A DNA stretch of 10,441 nt from Pedosphaera sp. (lineage in GTDB: Bacteria > Verrucomicrobiota > Verrucomicrobiia > Limisphaerales > SIBH01): NCBI GenBank assembly GCA_031414955.1, contig JANOQV010000313.1:1-10441 (forward strand). The letters run 5' to 3'. The number at the start of each line of letters is the position of its first letter. The stretch's first letter is position 1. Below the pieces are notes generated by a model, which had not been told where the DNA came from, searched no databases, and saw only the letters and a program-made list of their open reading frames with translations. Below, piece after piece: positions 5,515 through 10,441 of this stretch. Both the position numbers and the translations under genes were made by a program.

Positions 5515-8379
5515 ATGAAAACCAAAGCCCTCCTTCTCGCCGTTCTCGGCGTTGTTTCAATGTGGTCTGGCGCCGGTGTCGCGCGCGCAGCCACTCTCGT
5601 TTCCGAATGGAAGTTCGAGAACAACCTCAATGACACTTCCGGCAACGGCAATCACGGCACGGCCACCGGCGCTCCGACCTACGTCGCGGGGCGCTTCGGC
5701 CAGGGCGTCAGTCTCGCGCGAGCAGACATGATTCAGAACGCCGCCGCCACCGGCCTGCCGATGGCGGGCAACGCCTCGTGGTCAATGAACCTATGGGTGA
5801 ACCTGACCGTGCAACCGGAGAGCCTCGCCTACGTCGGCGGATTTGGCCCGATTGCGGACAGCTTCGGCGCCGGCTCCACCCGCGCGTTTCTGGCGTTCGG
5901 CGGCGGCGGCCAGAACGTGTACATCTGGGGCCATTCCGTGGACCTCGTCACACCAAATATCTACCCAACGGCCGGCTGGGCCATGCTCACCGTCACGCAC
6001 AACGGCGCGGACAATATGACCACGGTGTATCTCGACGCCGCTGTCGTCGCCTCGGGCGCGCAAGCCCTCGCGGCCATTCCCGCCGCCGAAAACAAAATCA
6101 GCCTCGCGCCGGTCAGCAATTGGGGCAGCGACCTCGCTGGCTCGTTCGACGAATTCAGCATCTGGAACGGCGTGCTCTCCCTGAGCGAGATTCGCCTGCT
6201 GGCGGGTCTCAGCCCAGACCTCGTCATTACGCGCCAGCCGGCCGGCGTCGCGCGCTTCGCCTGTGAAGCCACCGCGCTCTCCGTCGCGGCTGCGGGGGGC
6301 GTGGGTGCCCTTTCCTATCAATGGCGGCAGGACGGCACGAACGTCGCCGGCGCGACGAGCACGACTCTGGGCTTTGCCAGCCTCGGCACAACCAATGCCG
6401 GCACCTACACGGTCGTCGTCAGCGACACCGGCGGCAACAGCCTCACCAGCGCCCCGGCCGTGTTGAGCGTGACGGTCGTTGCGGGCGTCAGTGAAGGGCT
6501 GGCGGGTTACTGGAACTTCGACGAAGGCACCGGCGCGCTGCTCATCGACAACTCGGGCAGTGGCAACGACGGCGCGTTGAACAATTTTCCCGGCGATGAT
6601 TCCCAATGGGTGGTCGCCGGCCGAGTCGGTGGCGCGTTGAATTTTCGTGGACCGGCGAACGGGGAGTTCGTGAAGGTGAACAGTTATCCGCAGCCCACCA
6701 CGACGATGAGCGTGAGCGCCTGGGTCTGGGCCGACGCCCGGCCACAGTGGGCCACGGTGATTAAGAACTGGGCCGATGCGGCCGGCCAGTTTCACTTTGG
6801 CTTGTTCGACACCGGAGGCGACATCAGCAATTTCATCCAGCAGCAGGGCGGCGGATTCCCAAATGCGCGCGAAGGCACAGTCATCCCGCTGGGTTCCTGG
6901 CAGCATGTGGCCTTCGTGTGCGATGGGGCGCAGATGAGGATTTACCGCAATGGCGTGCAGGTCGCCGTCACCGCCTACAACGGCACGCTGGTTAACCCTT
7001 CGCCGTTGTCCGCCCTGGCCATTGGGGCGAAGCTCAACGATGCCGGCACGGCGGCCTCGGGCCAATGGCAGGGCAAATTGGACGACCTCGGTCTCTGGAC
7101 GCGCGGCCTGTGCCCCGACGAGGTTCTCGCCATCTACATCGCGGGCGTGAACGGCAACCCGCTCACCGATGCGGTCGTCGGCGCGGTGGCACCGACCATT
7201 GGTGCCCAGCCGCAAAACCAGACTGCCGACGAAGGCGGCAGCGCGATCTTCACTGTGGGCGCGGCCGGCACGGCGCCGCTCGCCTACCAATGGCGCAAGA
7301 ACGGCACGGCCATTTCCGGCGAGACGAACTCCAGCCTCATGCTGAACAACCTGTGCGCTGCGGATGTCGGCAACTTTACCGTCGTCATCTGCAACGTCGT
7401 CGGTTGCGCGACCAGCGCGCCGCCCGCCATGCTCACCATCATGCCTCTGCCGACGACACCCATCACGACCGGGTTGACCGGCCATTGGAAATTCGATGAG
7501 GCGAGCGGCACGTCCGCCAGCGACTCCACCGACAACGTCAATCACGGCGCGTTGAACAACTTCCCCGGCGACAACTCGCAGTGGATGGCCGGGCAAATCG
7601 GCGGCGGGCTGAACTTCGGCGGGCCGGCCTCGCAGAACTGGGTGCTGGTGGCGAACTATCCCAAGCCCACGACCACGATGACGATTTCGGCCTGGGTGCA
7701 GGCCAACTCGCGGCCGACCTGGGCGAGCATCGCCAAGAACTGGGGCGGCGGCAGCGGCGGTCAGTTCCACTTCGGCCTGTTTGCAGGGGATGGCGACCTG
7801 AGCAATTTCCTTCAAACTCAAGGCGGCGCATTCCCCAACACGCGCGAGGGCGCGCCCTTCCCGCTCGGCACCTGGCAGCATGTGGCCTTTGTCGCCGACG
7901 GCTCGCAGATGCGGGTCTATCGCAACGGCGTGCAGATCGGCTCCGCAGCCTATGACGGCACCATCATTGGCACGCCCGTGATGCAGTCGCTCGCCATTGG
8001 CTGCAAGACGGATGATACCGGCCTGGTGCCCGACGGCGGTGCGCCCGGCTTCTGGGACGGCAAGATGGACGACATGGGCCTGTGGAACCGCGGCCTCGCG
8101 GCGTCGGAAATCCAGGCCATCTACCTCGCCGGCCTCGAAGGCCGCAGCCTGTCCAGCGCGAGCCTGCTCCCGCGCCTGCGCATCGTCCGCTCCGGCGGCA
8201 ACGCGACCATCTCGTGGCCCGCGTCGCCCGCCGGGAATTGCTTCACGCTCGAATGTTCGGGCGTACTGCCCGCTGTGTCGTGGGGTCCCGCCGGGGCTGC
8301 CACGCTCACGGGCGACCGCTATTCGGTCAACGTCAGCGCCGCGAGCGGCAACAAGTTCTACCAGTTGCGGAAACAGTAG
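5515..8379 (+). CDS. Secreted multidomain protein: LamG-like jelly roll (concanavalin A-like) x3 and Ig-like x2, with a C-terminal beta-rich module
   Basis: ATG 5515 gives the signal peptide MKTKALLLAVLGVVSMWSGAGVARA|A. LamG domains at about 5590-6210, 6496-7173 and 7471-8160 (W-x-F-[DE]E, GALNF, WQHVAFV, DD-x-GLW). Ig domains at about 6220-6477 and 7190-7440 (ITRQP/IGAQP, YQWR, AGTYTVVV). C-terminus PRLRIV...ISWP...FYQLRKQ. Confidence 0.9.
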   Translation: MKTKALLLAVLGVVSMWSGAGVARAATLVSEWKFENNLNDTSGNGNHGTATGAPTYVAGRFGQGVSLARADMIQNAAATGLPMAGNASWSMNLWVNLTVQPESLAYVGGFGPIADSFGAGSTRAFLAFGGGGQNVYIWGHSVDLVTPNIYPTAGWAMLTVTHNGADNMTTVYLDAAVVASGAQALAAIPAAENKISLAPVSNWGSDLAGSFDEFSIWNGVLSLSEIRLLAGLSPDLVITRQPAGVARFACEATALSVAAAGGVGALSYQWRQDGTNVAGATSTTLGFASLGTTNAGTYTVVVSDTGGNSLTSAPAVLSVTVVAGVSEGLAGYWNFDEGTGALLIDNSGSGNDGALNNFPGDDSQWVVAGRVGGALNFRGPANGEFVKVNSYPQPTTTMSVSAWVWADARPQWATVIKNWADAAGQFHFGLFDTGGDISNFIQQQGGGFPNAREGTVIPLGSWQHVAFVCDGAQMRIYRNGVQVAVTAYNGTLVNPSPLSALAIGAKLNDAGTAASGQWQGKLDDLGLWTRGLCPDEVLAIYIAGVNGNPLTDAVVGAVAPTIGAQPQNQTADEGGSAIFTVGAAGTAPLAYQWRKNGTAISGETNSSLMLNNLCAADVGNFTVVICNVVGCATSAPPAMLTIMPLPTTPITTGLTGHWKFDEASGTSASDSTDNVNHGALNNFPGDNSQWMAGQIGGGLNFGGPASQNWVLVANYPKPTTTMTISAWVQANSRPTWASIAKNWGGGSGGQFHFGLFAGDGDLSNFLQTQGGAFPNTREGAPFPLGTWQHVAFVADGSQMRVYRNGVQIGSAAYDGTIIGTPVMQSLAIGCKTDDTGLVPDGGAPGFWDGKMDDMGLWNRGLAASEIQAIYLAGLEGRSLSSASLLPRLRIVRSGGNATISWPASPAGNCFTLECSGVLPAVSWGPAGAATLTGDRYSVNVSAASGNKFYQLRKQ

Positions 8380-9321
8380 AGCACGCTTCGCATCACAGAT
8401 TGAGAACACACGCGACGCCGGGGCCGGAGAGCGCATCTCCGGCCCCGGTCTGATGTTGGAACCAGGATCCTGAATATGAATTACCTTTGTTTGGGCAACA
8501 CCGGGAGGTGCATTAAACCTAGCTCAATGTTCCGCAATGCCCACACGGCCCGGTGCCGTCAGGCGCGCCAGGCCTTCTCTCTGGCCTTGCTCCTCGCAGC
8601 CTGCGCGGTGGACTTGCGCGCCGCCGTCACGGACGGGTTGGTTGGCTATTGGCGCTTTGATGAAACGAGTGGCCTCTCCGCTGCCGATTCCACCACCAAC
8701 GCCAATCAGGGCGCACTGAACAATTTTCCCGGTGACAACTCGCAATGGGTCGCCGGACAAATCGGCGGCGCGCTCAACTTCCGAGGGCCGGGTCTCAATG
8801 ATTACGTGCGCGTGCCAAATTATCCCAAGCCCTCCAGCGCCATTTCCTTCTCGGCGTGGGTCTGGGCCGACGCGCGCCCGACGTGGGCGAGCATTGTGAA
8901 GAACTGGGGTGGCGGCGTGGCGGGACAATTTCACTTCGGCCTCCAGGACTCCGCCGGCGACTTGAGCAACTTCCTTCAGGCTCAAGGCGGGGGCTTTCCG
9001 AACGCCCGCGAGAACACGCCGATCCCGCTTGGCTCCTGGCAGCATGTCGCTTTCACCGGCGACGGCAGCACGCTCCGCATCTATCGCAACGGCGCGGAGG
9101 TTGGCTCGGCCGCTTACTCTGGAAATATCGCCACTCCGCCCATGGCCGCGCTCGGCATTGGCGTAAAACTCGACGACGCCGGCACCGCAGCCGACACCGG
9201 CTCACCCGGTTATTGGCAGGGCAAGATGGATGACCTCGGCCTGTGGAACCGCGCCCTCTCCGTCGGTGAAATCCTCGCCATCTACGGCGCGGGCCTCAAC
9301 GGCCAGAGCCTGACCAACGCC
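6496..9321 (+). repeat. Three paralogous LamG-coding units of about 680 bp (6496-7173, 7471-8160, 8635-9321)
   Basis: Shared peptides GALNNFPGD[DN]SQW, KNW...GQFHFGL, FPN[AT]RE, PLG[ST]WQHVAF and GK[LM]DD[LM]GLW, with similar DNA (ggcgcgttgaacaattttcccggcgat / ggcgcgttgaacaacttccccggcgac / ggcgcactgaacaattttcccggtgac). Confidence 0.9.
8418..8448. other. Strong intergenic stem-loop (13-bp perfect stem, 5-nt loop)
   Basis: CCGGGGCCGGAGA-GCGCA-TCTCCGGCCCCGG. No U-tract follows, so it is not a canonical intrinsic terminator. Confidence 0.8.
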
Positions 9322-10441
9322 GACGCCCCGCCCGCCACCAACGGCCTGGTGTCCATAACCGAGTTCATGGCCCAGAATAGCGGCGTGCTCCGCGATGCGG
9401 ACGGCGACACGCCTGACTGGATTGAAATCCACAACGGCACCGCCGCCGCCGTGAACCTCGGCGGGTGGTCGCTCACGGATCGAACGAACAATCTTCGCCA
9501 ATGGCTCTTCCCCGCCACCAACCTCGCATCCGGCGCCTACCTCATCGTGTTTGCCTCCGGCAAAACTCCCTCGGTGCGCAACGGTGAACTGCACGCGAAC
9601 TTCTCCCTCAGCGCGAGCGGCGAATACCTCGCGCTGGTGGACGCCAACACCAACATCGTCTCGCAGTTCGTGCCGACGTTCCCAGCGCAAGTGCCCAATG
9701 TCTCCTACGGCTTCGCCGCATTCGCGCCGCCGCAGAACTTCCTCACCAACGGCGCGCCGCTGCGCTGGCTCGTCCCCACGAACGACGCGCTCGGCACAAA
9801 CTGGATTCTCCCCGGCTTCAACGATTCCGCTTGGGCCGCCGGCACGAACTTCGTCGGCTACGAGACCTTCGCGGAAAACTACGCCGGCCTGTTTCGTACC
9901 GACGTGCGCGCCGAGATGTTTCAGCGCGCCTCGTCCGTGTACATCCGCATCCCGTTTGTCGTGACGAACCCCCTCGACTTCGCCGACTGGACGCTCCGCC
10001 TGCAATGCGACGACGGCTGCGTGATGTGGCTGAACGGCGAGGAAGTGCTGCGCTACTACGTTCCCGACCTGCTCACCTGGAATTCTTTCTCCACGACGAA
10101 CCGCGCTGATGGCGACGTGCTGGTTGGCGAAATCTACGACCTGGCCGAGTTCGAGCCGCTGCTCCGGGCCGACACGAACTGGCTCGTCATTCACGCCCTC
10201 AACGCCCGCCTCGACAGCAGCGATCTGCTCGTCGCCCCGACGATCGAAGCGCGTTCGACCGTGCAGCTTGCCGCCTCTCAGCGTTACTTCGCCACACCGA
10301 CGCCCGGCTCGGCCAACGTCGGCGGCGTGGAAATCCTCGGCCCCATCCTCACCGAACTCGCCCACACGCCCGCCGTCCCGACCGACGCGCAGGACGTGCT
10401 GGTGACCGTGCGTGTGCGCCCGGCCTTCGGCGCCGTGACCA
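8476..10441 (+). CDS. Secreted LamG + lamin-tail-domain (LTD) + jelly-roll protein, truncated by the window end (absent from the ORF track)
   Basis: Manual translation gives 655 codons with no stop. Start is ATG 8476 or ATG 8527. Signal-like AFSLALLLAACAVDLRA|A, LamG 8635-9321, LTD from about 9346 (ITEFMAQN...DWIEIHN...NLGGWSLTD...NFSLSASGEYLAL...SYG), jelly-roll insert (FNDSAW...SVYIRIPF...DDG..WLNGEEV), then YFATPTPGSAN. Confidence 0.88.
   Translation, partial: MNYLCLGNTGRCIKPSSMFRNAHTARCRQARQAFSLALLLAACAVDLRAAVTDGLVGYWRFDETSGLSAADSTTNANQGALNNFPGDNSQWVAGQIGGALNFRGPGLNDYVRVPNYPKPSSAISFSAWVWADARPTWASIVKNWGGGVAGQFHFGLQDSAGDLSNFLQAQGGGFPNARENTPIPLGSWQHVAFTGDGSTLRIYRNGAEVGSAAYSGNIATPPMAALGIGVKLDDAGTAADTGSPGYWQGKMDDLGLWNRALSVGEILAIYGAGLNGQSLTNADAPPATNGLVSITEFMAQNSGVLRDADGDTPDWIEIHNGTAAAVNLGGWSLTDRTNNLRQWLFPATNLASGAYLIVFASGKTPSVRNGELHANFSLSASGEYLALVDANTNIVSQFVPTFPAQVPNVSYGFAAFAPPQNFLTNGAPLRWLVPTNDALGTNWILPGFNDSAWAAGTNFVGYETFAENYAGLFRTDVRAEMFQRASSVYIRIPFVVTNPLDFADWTLRLQCDDGCVMWLNGEEVLRYYVPDLLTWNSFSTTNRADGDVLVGEIYDLAEFEPLLRADTNWLVIHALNARLDSSDLLVAPTIEARSTVQLAASQRYFATPTPGSANVGGVEILGPILTELAHTPAVPTDAQDVLVTVRVRPAFGAVT

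Noticed and set aside
5791..8436. 881-aa antisense ORF
   Set aside because: Codon-aligned shadow of the LamG/Ig gene in high-GC DNA, with no recognisable motifs.
8482..8502. Possible third copy of the operator motif (TACCTTTGTTTGGGCAACACC)
   Set aside because: Only 12/21 ungapped matches and no -10-like hexamer at the same spacing.
9202..10365. 387-aa antisense ORF
   Set aside because: Shadow of the + strand LTD gene, which the ORF track missed because it has no stop inside the window.

Overview
High-GC bacterial window with all genes on the + strand. Protein architectures and a C-terminal 'ISWP...FYQL' module suggest Verrucomicrobiota/PVC (inference). Gene order: (1) 5'-truncated exported prenyltransferase/squalene-hopene-cyclase-like barrel protein with a CxxCH motif; (2) a large beta-propeller (Reg_prop)/Y_Y_Y/TM/HisKA_3/HATPase sensor kinase split into two frames exactly at a tandem AAATCCG heptamer; (3) a NarL/LuxR response regulator; (4) a secreted LamG-Ig-LamG-Ig-LamG protein; (5) a 3'-truncated secreted LamG + lamin-tail-domain protein missing from the ORF track. 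Key observations: a repeat-number-dependent frameshift in the kinase, a 29-bp motif shared upstream of the regulator and of the first LamG gene (candidate operator), three close LamG paralogues across two genes, and strong Thr-Asn enrichment in gene 5. No rRNA, tRNA, CRISPR or mobile element recognised.
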